Made by a program: the position numbers and the translations under genes. A stretch of 57,505 nt of DNA, the filler included, from Jimgerdemannia flammicorona (taxonomy: Eukaryota): NCBI GenBank assembly GCA_003990765.1. It is 2 parts of 2 records of this genome, joined end to end, with 100 filler letters (N's around TTAATTAATTAA, not from the genome) between each part and the next. Parts side by side here need not be neighbours in the genome. Positions count along the whole stretch, not along the records: positions 1 to 28,711 come from RBNJ01000544.1; positions 28,812 to 57,505 come from RBNJ01000545.1. The stretch is one strand, 5' to 3'. Below the pieces are notes generated by a model that saw only the letters and a program-made list of their open reading frames with translations, did not search any database and was not told the DNA's origin. Position 1 is the stretch's first letter, and each line of letters opens with the position of its first letter. Below, in pieces: positions 26,396 to 38,364 of this stretch.

Positions 26396-27473
26396 TGAAC
26401 CAGAAAAAGAGTGTCCCAAGGAACTATACCCTGAAAGAAGCTTCTCAGACTACCAAGGCACAAGAAGATCTCATCTGGAAAGAATATCAGAAAGCTTATC
26501 AAGAACAGATGAGTATAGAAAAAAAGCTGCAAACAATATACCAACATTGGCCCAATCTCAGAATATAAGTTCAGGACATACTCAAGAAGTGTGATATCTG
26601 CCAGAAGTACCAAGGAAGAAAGAACTGCCAAGTACTACTGCAACTGATTGCACTACCAGATAACATCTTTCAGAGATAGGAAGTAGATGTAATTGGACCC
26701 CTACCAGTTATATCAAGAAGAAAAAAGTATATCCTTGTATTTGTAGAACATCTGACTAAGTGGCCTGAGGCTTTTCCAATGAAAATTACAGATGCCTTAA
26801 CTATTGTAGGCCTTCTCTATGGATTCACACTCAGATATAAATCCCCAGAAGAACTCATCTCTGACCAAGGCACAGAATTCATCAATAATATAATTATAAG
26901 TTATGTTCAAATTCACAAGATCCACCTTAAATAGACCACATTATACTACCCTCAGACCAATGGTATGATAGAAAGAATGAACCAGACCATTAAGAAAGAA
27001 CTTATCTGAGTTAATTCTATCAACTGGAACCTCTGCTTATTAGAGATTCTATGGGAAATTCAAAACACTCCTGCTACTTCCACTAAACAAAAGTCATTCA
27101 AAATAATATTTGCCAAGAAAACCAGAACTGCTGATCATGAGAATCTCAGAGATCTCCTCAAGAAGGCAGAATAGTTATATAATTAAGCCTGAGCTCAGAT
27201 TATCAAAGCTCAGGAAAGACAAAGAAGTACTATGACCAGAAGCAGAAGGATCAGGAGATCAAGATTGGAGATCAAGTTCTAGTTTGGAGAAGTATGATCA
27301 AAACAAACTTTGCTGCCAAATTGAAGCTCAAATGGGAAGGACCTTATCTTGTATATAATATCAAAGGAACCAGCATTTATTTAAGAAGTATGGATGGACA
27401 ATCTCTGAGGACACCAGTATACATCAATTATCTCAAGATATACCTCTTCCCATATCATGAATCAGAGAGTTAA
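26395..27473 (+). pseudogene. C integrase as a separate ORF starting at a TAATG stop/start overlap
   Basis: ATG 26395 reads in frame into WPNLRI.VQDILKKCDICQKY; VDVIGPLP, SDQGTEF, YYPQTNGMIER and KWEGPY follow. Confidence 0.87.
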
Positions 27474-27971
27474 CAACTACCTTCAGACTCTTATCCTCAG
27501 TTTATTTCAATCACTGCCAGTTCCCCTACCCCAATTCTAAGAAGTCAATGGAAATATCCTCTAGAAAATTCAGATTCATTAAGAGAATCTTGTTCTGATC
27601 AGACAATGTTACAGGTCCATCAACTTCAAGCCTATTATACAATCAGAGAATAATTGCAGAACCTTTCAGCCCCAGAACAAATATACATCAGAAATACTAC
27701 AGGACTATCAAGGAGAGATATCACTACTGCAGACAGGCTCCACACCCTTTATAAACAAAACCCTGTAGCTCTGATACAAGCACAATTCTCCTGGTGTGAT
27801 GTATAAGAAATGAACCTAGACATCTACCTAAGCATTATTAATGCTGTTGAAATTCTATTCCCAGAAGAAGAAGAAGAACCCCTGGAATAGAGTAACCATG
27901 GTATAGATGATGAGGATGATAGAATGAGTATTGATGCAGAAGTTGCTTATTCATACTGGGATGATGACTAA
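27457..27971 (+). pseudogene. C accessory ORF3, homologue of A ORF3 with an acidic tail
   Basis: QLQAYYTIRE.L...LSRRDITTADRLHTLYKQNPVAL aligns by eye with A ORF3 EFQEYFKLGQVL...LSHSQITIAKRIHKLFREDQVAI; one frameshift near 27600. Confidence 0.7.
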
Positions 27972-28139
27972 AGGACAGTCTGAGGACAGACCATCCTTTA
28001 GTGGGGGCTGATGTGACAAACCAAAATGTACCACCCAAATTATAACTTAGTCAGATAATATGAACACATATATAGCATCATAACCAGACAAAGCAACTAT
28101 TCCTACAGAAAACTGTATAAATAGCCAGACTACCAGATA

Positions 28140-28208
28140 AGGTACACTTGTGCTGAACCAGCACATCTATGCTGAACTAGCACACCTGTACTGAACCAGC
28201 ACACTTGT
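28140..28208. repeat. 19-bp tandem palindromic repeats in the C LTR U3 (also ~19431-19512)
   Basis: Unit cagcacacctgtgctgaac containing CAGCACA-cc-TGTGCTG, ~3.6 copies. Confidence 0.85.
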
Positions 28209-28711
28209 CATAGATAGCAATCTATAATTAGCAATATAGTAACCAGATAGCAACCACAACTATATAAAATACCCCAGAGATAAGAGTGAATAAACCTCAG
28301 TCTGAATTGAAGTACAAACCAAAGAAGCCTCTAAAGATTGAACATTGGTCTCCTTATTCCCACTCTGGTCCACTTTCTGATACAAAGCCTTGGTTTGCTT
28401 GCCAGATAAGCCTGAAGATTTGCTGCCAAAGTTCAAGGAAGAACTTCACTGCCTTTTGAAGAGAAATCTGCCACTTAAGGAATAAGCCATTATGTTTTTG
28501 ATTTGCTTGCCAGATAAGCCTAAAGAAGTCCGAGTTAACCTTGCCACAAAGCCAGTCTGTTGACGCAACTCCGTAGTGAACTTGTTCATGCAAACAAAGC
28601 CAGTCTTGATGTAACTTTGCCCAAGAAGCCTGCCAATTCAGGAAGAGTCCGCAATATCCGAGTTATTCGTCCATTCCCAGTGAACCCAATTGTCTTTTTT
28701 TTTTTTTTTTT

Positions 28712-28811
28712 NNNNNNNNNNNNNNNNNNNNNNNNNNNNNNNNNNNNNNNNNNNNTTAATTAATTAANNNNNNNNNNNNNNNNNNNNNNNNNNNNNNNNN
28801 NNNNNNNNNNN
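28712..28811. other. Assembly gap with artificial six-frame-stop linker TTAATTAATTAA (28756-28767)
   Basis: 100 nt of N enclosing the linker. Confidence 0.97.
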
Positions 28812-29283
28812 TCCTATCTGTGACGGCCATCTCCCCTCCCATCCCGACATCACCCGAAAAGCAGTCACCTACGCCAGAACCGCGCTCGCCGGGAAGCTCG
28901 CCAAAGCCAGAGGGCCCCACCACAGGCACCGAGGACCTACAGGTAACCTACACTGAGCACTTGACGCCCAAGGTCGGCCGACTCCCTACGTAGCCCGAGA
29001 CATACCGAGACAGCACCTTGTTGACGACGGCAAAAGGAAGAAGGCGCCGCACCAAAACGGATATACTCCAGACGCAGCCGAAGACACCAGAAACCACGAA
29101 AAAGTGGAGAAGACACCGATCGGACACCGATAAAGGGGCAACTCATCACCATTGCCCTCCTCCCACCATGCCCATGCAGGCACAGCAAACCAACCCGAGG
29201 TAGAGGGGGTAATAATAGGGGAAAGGGGACTCGGAAGGTAGCCTACCAAACCTTGTGACTGGTAAGGTAGCGGAGAAAGGAGC
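28812..29283 (-). mobile_element. SINE-like element, 5' half (CpG-rich, young copy)
   Basis: Near-identical to 31820-32293 and to the reverse complement of 56390-56860. Confidence 0.9.
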
Positions 29284-30344
29284 TGTGTAAAACATACCTT
29301 TGATGACTAAGCTATTAAGTCAATATATTATATAACAGAGGTCTCAAAAGGATCAGAAGTAAGTCTTCATGAGTAATTTTATACAACTTATTTATATGTA
29401 ACTTATTCTCATACTCTTTTCTGAATACTCACTCTTTATTTTATTTAATTTTATTTTTTTTATATTCTCTCCTAAAAACTCTACATACTTAACTTAGTTT
29501 ACTACTCAGATCAAGACTCAGTTCTACTATAAAGGAGAATTCAAAGTTATCTAAGTTCAACTACATCTGACATCTGATCAAATAGTGAAGTTCAAGGGCA
29601 AGTTATTCAGTATAAGTAATATCAGTATTACTATTAAGACTTAGAGATCTATATTCAAATCAGAACTAATTGTTCTTAATCAAGAAGCTCATTGGTCTGC
29701 TGGAGTATTCAACAATAAAGAGAACTATATCATTATTAACAAACATAGAGAGATTGTTACAATAGTAGTAAGAAATCTCTATAGTGATAAAGTTTATTAC
29801 TATATTAACAAGATTTGTGAGAATTATATCAAATATTAGATAGTAGAAAAGAGGTAATTATAAAAAGTAGAGAGGAGGAGTTTGGATATACTATAATATT
29901 AATAAAGGGTGGATTCTTTGGAGTTTTTTTTTTGAAATTCTCTATATTTATCTCTTTTTTTTAAAGATTTTCTTTACTAACCTATTCTTGTTAAATTTCT
30001 AAAAATGTACAGAATTTTGTACTCTTATCAGAACTTTAGAAGTACTATTGAAGAACAAGCTATATATAAGTATGACATGACCTATATAGTGATAGCAGCT
30101 ATAATCTGAGATTCTTTGAGCAGATTGCTAAAGCAAATAGTAGACCAACTTAGTAGTACTCTTAGTATAGCTATATATATATTCTTAGTGCAATTTAACA
30201 TATCATATAAGATGAGGAGCTTGACTTTTTTTTGATATAGCCCAAGGGTTTCTGCTCTTTATATGTAAAAAGGATTGACCAGATACTGTCTATTTTGGTA
30301 AATTTCTAAGCTAGAGCTTTCAGAGCTTGACAAAGAATAAGTAT

Positions 30345-33300
30345 TATAAGAGGATTACTTGTTAAAGTATCATTATATAGTTCTGAAAGAGTTTTCTGGA
30401 AGTTCTAAATATTCTGGAAGACTGTTTTCTTAAGATCAAGATCAATTATATATAGAGTATATCCTCTATACTTATTGATTTCAAAATCAGATTGATGTCT
30501 CAACTAAAATTCTTTTTTGAACTTGTTCTGAATATTCAGAATTTTCTATATTTCAGAAAGTTTAAAAAACTAAGACTAGCTTAGTTGAATTGGCATATTG
30601 CTGCAGACAATATCCAATTAGGAAATTTCATAACATAGTTAGGAATAGGACTTAACAGAGTGTAGATTTACTTAAGAGTAGTTTGTGGGTTATTAAATAG
30701 GTTTATTTACTATTTATGATATTGCTATACTAGGAGTAGTATATAAAGAGATATTATGGAGAAGTATTCAAGAGTTATTATGTATTCAGATTGTTTAAGT
30801 CTATCTTTCTGAGATCTGGAGGAGAGGGTTTTTATACTAATGAGGGGCTATCTGGACTATACTAAATATAGATATAATACTTAGTACCTTGCTGAGTCAG
30901 AATGCAGTTATATAGTACAAGTGTGAATTGATATATCAAGAGATCATCTGACTGCTGAGTCAGTATACAGTTATATTATATAAGACTAATCTAACTATAC
31001 TAATAACTGCTAAGCTACATATCTATAGATTTAAATACTATCTGGGTAGTCTTTGATGACATCACTATTGATGATATTATCTCTAATAAAGTAGTTATCT
31101 TTTTTTTTTATTTTTTTTATTTTAACGGACTCATGTCCTGCGGATTTTTATTGAAAGGGAACCTAGACTATATAGGCCAAAACTCTCCCCCACCACCCAC
31201 CAAGCACTGCCCCCCTATTAACCTAGGCTAGCTATTGTCCAGTAGCTTGACCATACCAGGCGCAGCAGGGCTGATAAGCCCACACCTCATTCTGTGCACC
31301 ATGCTCTCCCTACTACCAGGGGAAACCCAACCATACACCAATGACCAAAAGCGCATGTCTGAGAACCCAATGTATGTACAAGGCCACACCCGAGCTGAAT
31401 AGAATAGCCCCTGCCACCCCAAAGAGAATGACAGGCAAATAAAAAACCCTCATCAAAGCACAATACGGTGGGTAGGGCCTGGTTCTCCCAGTTGAGGTGA
31501 GTAAAGGACTTATACATGAGGTGGGAGGAAACCCCCAATACCCCACTACTCAAGCCTGTGGACTTTGATCACATTGCCGTGTCAGCTCCTAGTTTCAGTT
31601 GAGTACAGCCAAGATGCCTGAAATGGGTAGCCTCGGGCCTCCTGACTCCCCCTGATGACTGGGGCCCAACCCCACTGATCGCCAAAAGAAGCCAATAGTG
31701 ATACCTACCACCTAACTGTGCCGTACCAATCAAAAGGCCCCACCAAAGCAGCACCTGCCCCAGCCCCAATGACCACCCCCAGCCTGGCACCCTACTGGTT
31801 CACCGTAATTGCCCTTCTGCCTATCTGTGACGGCCATCTCCCCTCCCATTCTGACAACACCTGAAAAGCAGTCACCTACGCCAGAACCATGCTTACCAGG
31901 AAGCTCGCCAAAGCCAGAGGGTCCCACCACAGGCACCGAGGACCTGCAGGTAACCTATACTGAGCACTTGACACCCAAGGTCAGCCGACTCCCTATGTAG
32001 CCTGAGACACACTGAGACAACTCCTTGTTGGTGACGGCAAAAGGAAGAAGGCACTGCACCAAAATGGGTACACCCCAGACACAGCTGAAGGCACCAGAAT
32101 CCGCGAAAAAGTGGAGGAAGCACTGATCTGACACCGATAAAGGGACAACTCATCACCATTACCCTCCTCCCACCATGCCCCTGCAGGCACAGCAAACCAA
32201 CCCAAGGTAGAGGGGGTAATATTAGGGGAAAGGGGACTCGGAAGATCACCTACCAAACCTTGTGACTGGTAAGGTAGCAGAGAAAGGGGGCCACTAATAA
32301 AGTAGTTATCTAGAAAGAGTGATTCTTGGATTACTTCTCTCTATTCACTTAGGTAATAATACATTGGGACTAAATCACTATCTTATAGGATAGCATCATC
32401 TGTTTTATATATTAGATAAGATATCAGTAGATAGAGAAGGGGTACATTATCTTCACTTTCATCCAATTCACTATCTATATATCTTCTATAGGTAACAGCA
32501 CTATGAGTTGTAGGATTGTAGTATGCTGATAGTTATGGCTTGTTTTGTATAGGTAGAATTGTTGGTTCGATCTTAAGAATTATCTAGAGGTATAGGTTAT
32601 ATTCTCTAGTTTCTTTATTATAGTTGAAGTAATTGGATATAAATGTAGGTTAGTACTTGTACTAGTAGTCATTATCTCAATAGGTCTTGTAGGTAGTTAT
32701 GAACTATTATAAGTTTATCAGCAAGGTTAGTAAAGTAATCAGAGCTGGCAGAGATCTTTAGCTGGAGATCATATTGATGTCAGAGAGATTGTTATCTTCT
32801 ACTTCATCATTATTGAACTAAATTATATCATAGATATCCTTTATAATATATTTAACTTGGAGTATTTATAGAATGTAATTATTAGAGTATAAAAAGATTT
32901 TGTCTATAGTTTGAATATACTTAATATACTTATAGTTGAGTTCTTATACCATATTATCAATTTGGCCATAGAACAGAGTAGCAATCATTTCAGTAATAAT
33001 AACTTAGAGATAGGAAATAAAGATACTATACTTATAAAAGAGTTCTTGATATTTATGAGTAATGAGTTTCTGGTATTAAGATATCTAAGTAATGTCTGTA
33101 TTATAGTAGTGTTCAATTATATCTTCTAGAAGGTAGTCAATCTGATAGTAGCTTGAGATTTATCTGATTCAGTAGACTTCACTGAGTATGTTCAGGACAT
33201 TTCATCAGGCTTCTATAAAGTAGAGAGATACCAGGCTATAGATATTTATGAGGAGCAGAGAAGGTATAGCTCAGTTGATAATAGTATTCCAAATGTCAGC

Positions 33301-33604
33301 ATGGATGTGGTTGTAGATCTCAGTGGTCATATTTGTATATATGTATATTTAAGAATTATAGTTATTTATTTAGTTTGTTATAGTTTTCATTTCAATATAT
33401 CTGAGTACTTAGTATATATATATTCAGTCTTAATTAGTGAGGTTTCATTTATATAAATCTTATATTCCATAACTTTGAGTTAACTTAGCTTTATATTCTA
33501 TAACTTTAGTTTGACTCAGCTTCATGATCTTGCATGTGATTTCTGGATTTGTTCTGAGAGTGATATGTGATTTTGATGGCTTGGAGGTTGTACATATACT
33601 TATA
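30345..33604 (-). mobile_element. Solo LTR of chromovirus family D (~2.05 kb plus inserted SINE)
   Basis: Termini tataag...cttata (decayed TGTAAG...CTTACA); flanks agtat/ggcat differ only by transitions; homologous to 51008-52870. Confidence 0.85.
31101..32293 (-). mobile_element. Full-length poly(A)-tailed SINE-like element
   Basis: 18-bp TSD ctaataaagtagttatct at 31083-31100 and 32294-32311; poly-T at left end. Confidence 0.93.
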
Positions 33605-33964
33605 GGCATCCTCTAGTACTGTCTGGTAATATAAGGTCTGAGTCAAGGGTTTACTCAACTATATACTTGTATCATATTGAGGTATATTAGATATAATATT
33701 TCTCTATCTATATACACAGACAATAATATCACTCTAATAATATTTTACATTCTAGAAAAGAAAGGCCCAACTTAGAAGGATAGTAGTAGTATCTAGTATA
33801 ACCTTATCTATGGTTTTGAGGTCCTGTTTGTAGTCAATATGGCTGTCCTATTTCAACTACATAACCTCTATAATACTATCATCTTTAAGAAGAGCTCAGA
33901 TACTATAGTTATTATACTGATAACAGACTCATCAAGGTCTGAGACCAGTGGGTAGAGTAGTTTT

Positions 33965-34260
33965 ATAAAGGTTAGACAGTCTTTTGTAAAGACTAAATAG
34001 TCTTTTATGAAGGTTAGACAGTCTTTTGCAGTTAGGCACCTCTTTTTATAATACTAGTTTTAGCTTTTTACCAGGCTTTACTAGTCTCTTAGTTCTGCTT
34101 TATAGTGCTATAAATATGGTATTGCAATATAGGGCCAGAGTATCTGTGGGGTCTGAATCTATACTAGAGTCTGATCTATACTAGAGTCTGATTTGTACTG
34201 AAGTTTGATCTATGCTAGAATCTGATCTATATTAGAGTCTGATCTGTATCAGAGTCTGAC
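33965..34260. repeat. Short tandem arrays: ~21-bp x3 (33965-34030) and 17-bp x6 (34150-34260)
   Basis: aaggttagacagtcttttg repeats; ctagagtctgatctata repeats. Confidence 0.8.
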
Positions 34261-34984
34261 TATTTGAAGTTGCTTCTTATAGTGGATCATTGGGCTACAA
34301 ATTCTACATACTCTCTCTAACCTAGACTTCTACATCAACTTGTAGCTTGAGGTCACTTCTTACTGCTGATAGAGGACTACAAATTTTATATACTCCCTCT
34401 ACTAACCCTACTGACCTCCACCCTACTTGAGCTGGCAAGGAGTTATAAATACTGATATATTCTCTTTATCTACTATCTTATACCCTGAGCTAAACTCTCT
34501 CTTTTTTTTTTTTTTTTTTTTTTAAAATAATATATAAAAAATAATTTATTTCTAACTCTTTTTGTTTAATACTACAGAACTCACTTAATTTTAGTAGCCT
34601 ATACCCCACTAAGACTTTAGATATATATAGGCCTAAATTGTCTTAATATTTAGTATATATCTCTTAGAGAAAATGAGATCTACTCTACCAGAGAACACCC
34701 ACTCAACTAGAGCACTGGTGATAGAAATGGTCAGATAGTTTTAAACTATACCATATAGGCTAGAAAAGTCTATTTGATATATCTGTAGTCACACACCCCA
34801 TGGAGTAGAATGGTGATTAGAATGATAGATAAAATTGACCCAATCTCACCAACTATCTATAGAAAGACAACTCACCTTCTACTAGTTGAGCACCTCTATA
34901 CTCTCCAGTAGAATCATATAGTTACTAATAAGATAAATAGTTAGTTTATCTATTAACAGTAGTTCTTCTACTAATAGCTCTCTC

Positions 34985-36997
34985 TATAAGAGAATTTACT
35001 TTTTAGAGTAACTGTTATATAGTTCTGGAAGAGTTTTCTAGAAGTTTTGGATATTCTGGAAGACTGTTTTCTTAAGATTAAGATCAATTTCATATGGAGT
35101 ACATCCTCTATACTTATTAATTTCAAGATCAGATTGATGTCTCAACCAAAGTCCTTTCTCAGACTAGTTCTAGATATTCAGAATTTTCCATATTTCAGGA
35201 AGTTCAAGAAACTAAGACCAGCTTAGTTGAATTGGCATATTACTGCAGACAATACCCAATTAGGAAATTTTATGATGGAGTTAGGAGTGGGGCCTAATAG
35301 GGAGTGGATTTACTTAAGAGTAGTTTGTGAGTTATTAAATAGGTTTATTCACTATTCATGATATTGCTATACTAGAAGTAGTTATGTAAAGGGATATTGT
35401 GGAGAAGTATTCAGAAGTGTTCTTGTATGTTTGAGTCTATGATTCTGAGGTCTGGGGGAGGGGATATTTATACTAGTGAGGGGCTATCTGGACTATTGCT
35501 AAATATAGATGTAGTACTTAGTACCTTGCTGAGTCAGAATACAGTCATATAGTATAAGTGTGATCTGACATATCAAGAGATCATCTGACTGCTGAGTTAG
35601 TTCACAGTTATGTCATATAAGACTAATCTAGCTATACTATGACTGCTAAACTATTTATAGATTTAGATGCTGTCTGGGTAGTCTTCGATTACATCACTAT
35701 TGATAATATCATCTCTGATGAAGTAGTCATCTAGGAAGAGTGGTTTATAGATTACTTCTTCTTGTTCACTGAGATAATAATATATTGGAACTTTGTTACC
35801 ATCCCACAGGATAGCATCATCTGTCTCATATGCTGAATAAGGTATTAGTGGGCAAAGGAGGGGTGTATCATCTTTACTTTCATCAGATTCGCTATCTATA
35901 TATCTTTTATAGGTTACAGCATTATGAGTCATGGAGTTGTAGTAAGCTAGTAACTGTAGTTCATGTCACTTATACTCAGGTGGCAGGGTGGTTGGTTCGA
36001 TCTCAAGGGTTGTCTGAAGATACAAGTTGTATTCTCCAGTCTCTTCATTATAGTTAAAGTAATTGGGGATAAATGCAGGTTAGTACTCATACTAGTGGTC
36101 ATTGTCCCAATAGGTCTTATAAGTGGTTATGAACTGTTGTAAGTTCATTGACAAGGTTGGTGGAGTGATCGGGGTTAACAGAGATCCTTGACTTATGGTC
36201 ATGTCAGTATCAGAGAGATCATTGTCTTCTGCTTTGTCTTCATCAAATCGGATTATATCATAGATATCCTTTATTGTGTATCTGACTTGAGGCATTTGCA
36301 GAATATGGTCATCAGGGTGTAGAAAGGTTCTGTCTGTAGTCTGAACATACTTGAGGTACTTATGGTTGAGTTCTTATATCATGTCATCAATTTGGCCATA
36401 GAATAGGATAGCAACCATTTCAGCAGTAGTAACTTGGAGGTGGGGAATAAAGGTACTGTACTCATAAAAGAGTTCTCAATATTTATAGGCAATGAGTTTC
36501 TGGTATTGGGATATCTGAGTAATATCTGTATCATAGTAGTATTTGACTATATCTTCTAGAAAATGACCAATCTGGTAGTAGCTTGAGATTTGTCCGATTT
36601 AGTGGGTCTCGCTAAGCATATTCAGGGTGTTTTATCAGACTTCCACAAAGTAGAGAGGTGCTAAGCTATAGATATTTATAAGGGGCAGAAGGGGTGTGGC
36701 TCAGTTGATAATGGCATTCTAAATATTAGCATGGATGTGATTATAGATCTCAGTGGTCATGTTTGTATATGTTCAGAAGTTGTGATTATTGTTTATTTTA
36801 GTTCTCTGTTTTGATGTGTCTTGGTGCTCAGTATATATATATTTGATCTTGATTAGTAAGATTCTGTTTGTGTAAATCTTGTATTCTATGACTTCATATT
36901 GACTCAGCTTTGTGCACTGTGACTTCAGTTTGACTCAGCTTCATGATCTTGCAGATAATTTCCAGATTTGTTTGGAGGTCACATGTGATTTCAGTGG
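34985..36997 (-). mobile_element. Family D LTR lacking its first ~25 bp
   Basis: Colinear with 30345-33604 and the reverse complement of 51008-52870. Confidence 0.85.
35663..36760 (-). pseudogene. 365-codon ORF inside the U3 of the family D LTR; N-terminal part homologous to ORF3
   Basis: Single frame from ATG 36760 (MTTEIYNHIHANI) to TAA 35663 with no frameshift; internal stops look like transitions from TGG/CGA/CAA; includes ORF-track pieces 36092-36295 and 35663-35932. Confidence 0.78.
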
Positions 36998-36999
36998 CA

Positions 37000-37620
37000 G
37001 TCCTTGATTTGGCATATATCCAATACTCTTATATATTATATATCTCTAAAGTATTAATGATCCACTACTGAATTTTAGAGTTCTAATTATCTAATTTGAT
37101 TAGAGCTCTCTATTACTGCTCAATTTATATCATATCTATTTATATCTATTGGAGCCCAAATGGTTAATCTTTATTTTATCAAAAAACACAATGATTTTCT
37201 AGTTATAAATTGTCCAATACTTATATTTTGTAATAAATTCATAGTATATCTTCATATAATAAGGCAGCAAAGTGGTTTCATTTACTTTATATATACTTTG
37301 AGGCTGGTCTTTCAGAGTATTCATTTTATTATACTAAGGCTCACCTTTTTGCTACTTTTTTGAAGGACTTTTATAACTCTAATAGTATTATCTACTTTGC
37401 TAGTTATAACTTAGTAGACAATCTATACTTTATCCCAGACTGAAAACATAGCTAGACAACTACCTTTTGATAAAATAATATTATTACAATATGATATTTT
37501 TATACAGTTTATTATTATTATACTCATATTTATTTCTTTGGCAATCTTATATATAGATAAACTGGATTGTAGTGAGTAAATAATACAGTTATAAATGTTG
37601 ATAGAAAGCTTTTTTATTGC
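37000..37620 (-). pseudogene. Tc1/mariner transposase N-terminal remnant
   Basis: HTH-like LQSSLSIYKIAKEIN...KGSCL; KYKYWTI...VF.DKIKINHLGSN (from WT..DW..V.FSDETKINRLGSDG). Confidence 0.75.
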
Positions 37621-37671
37621 TTGAAAATAATGGCAAAACACTATAAAGTAGTAAAGAATATCTAAAATAAT

Positions 37672-37702
37672 CTGTTTAAAAAAAAAAAAAAAAAAAAAAA
37701 AA

Positions 37703-37736
<34 letters not shown>
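37672..37736 (+). mobile_element. Ultra-truncated TPRT insertion (ctgttt + poly-A)
   Basis: TSD tctaaaataat at 37661-37671 and 37737-37747; ctgtt matches the SINE 3' end gtctgtt-poly(A). Confidence 0.7.
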
Positions 37737-37739
<3 letters not shown>

Positions 37740-37890
37740 AAAATAATACTATAGTAAAAGTAGATAATTATAGCTCAACTCAATAGTATATAGTGTGACA
37801 GTACAGCCAAATTCAGAAGAAGGAAATAGGGAATAGACACTTGATCGCACCCATTCCAAAGTAGTATAGTATTATAGTTAGCAGTCCTCA

Positions 37891-37989
37891 ATTTCGACAT
37901 TGTCTGAATTCTTAGACATTATCCAAATCAAATACCCCAATTTAGTATAGCATTTAGATATTGTCCAAATGTTTCGACAAAGTCCAAAT
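37891..37989. promoter_or_regulatory. U3 array of four 19-bp palindromes (ATTTnGAC-N3-GTCnAAAT) in A2
   Basis: Units at 37891, 37910, 37952 and 37971, same spacing as the A1 array; repeated in the 3' LTR. Confidence 0.65.
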
Positions 37990-38364
37990 GACTCATTTAT
38001 TACTTAGCCACTCTCTCATAGCTAGCAAACTTGTATAAATAACCCAGTATCTTTGAGTAAATAAACCTCAGATCGAAATAGTTCAAAGCAAAGAGATAGC
38101 AAAGGAACTAATAAGTCTGCAGGCAGATACACTTCAAACTCACCCACCCTCCCCTACAACTTCAAGAGACTCTGCGAGAGTCAGAATGGTCAAGTTTTCA
38201 AGATACAGAAATCTGACGTACTTTCAAGAGTAAGCGTCCACTACATTACAACTTAGTGCCCATTGGCTGGTGATTCAAGACGAATCCCTCACTTTCAAGC
38301 TGAACAACGAACAACCACCACTATCCGAACAACCATACAAACCGAGCCCCAATACTCAGACAAG

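Larger units (their letters stand above)
19308..28694 (+). mobile_element. Ty3/gypsy LTR retrotransposon family C (inactivated; 3' LTR end interrupted by poly-T and gap)
   Basis: LTRs ~19308-20051 and 28012-28694; gag from 21023, PR ~22540-22870, dUTPase, RT (LYIDYRKLN, VYIDDSNI), RNase H, IN, ORF3. Confidence 0.92.

Noticed and set aside
28140..28208. Palindromic repeats as a CRISPR array
   Set aside because: Tandem units without unique spacers, inside a eukaryotic LTR, with no cas genes
28756..28767. Perfect TTAATTAATTAA palindrome
   Set aside because: Artificial contig-joining linker inside an N gap. The poly-T at 28695 and the SINE half at 28812 share no TSD, so they may not be one insertion
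34502..34984. Poly-T plus adjacent segment as another retroposon 3' end
   Set aside because: No convincing TSD or second copy in the window
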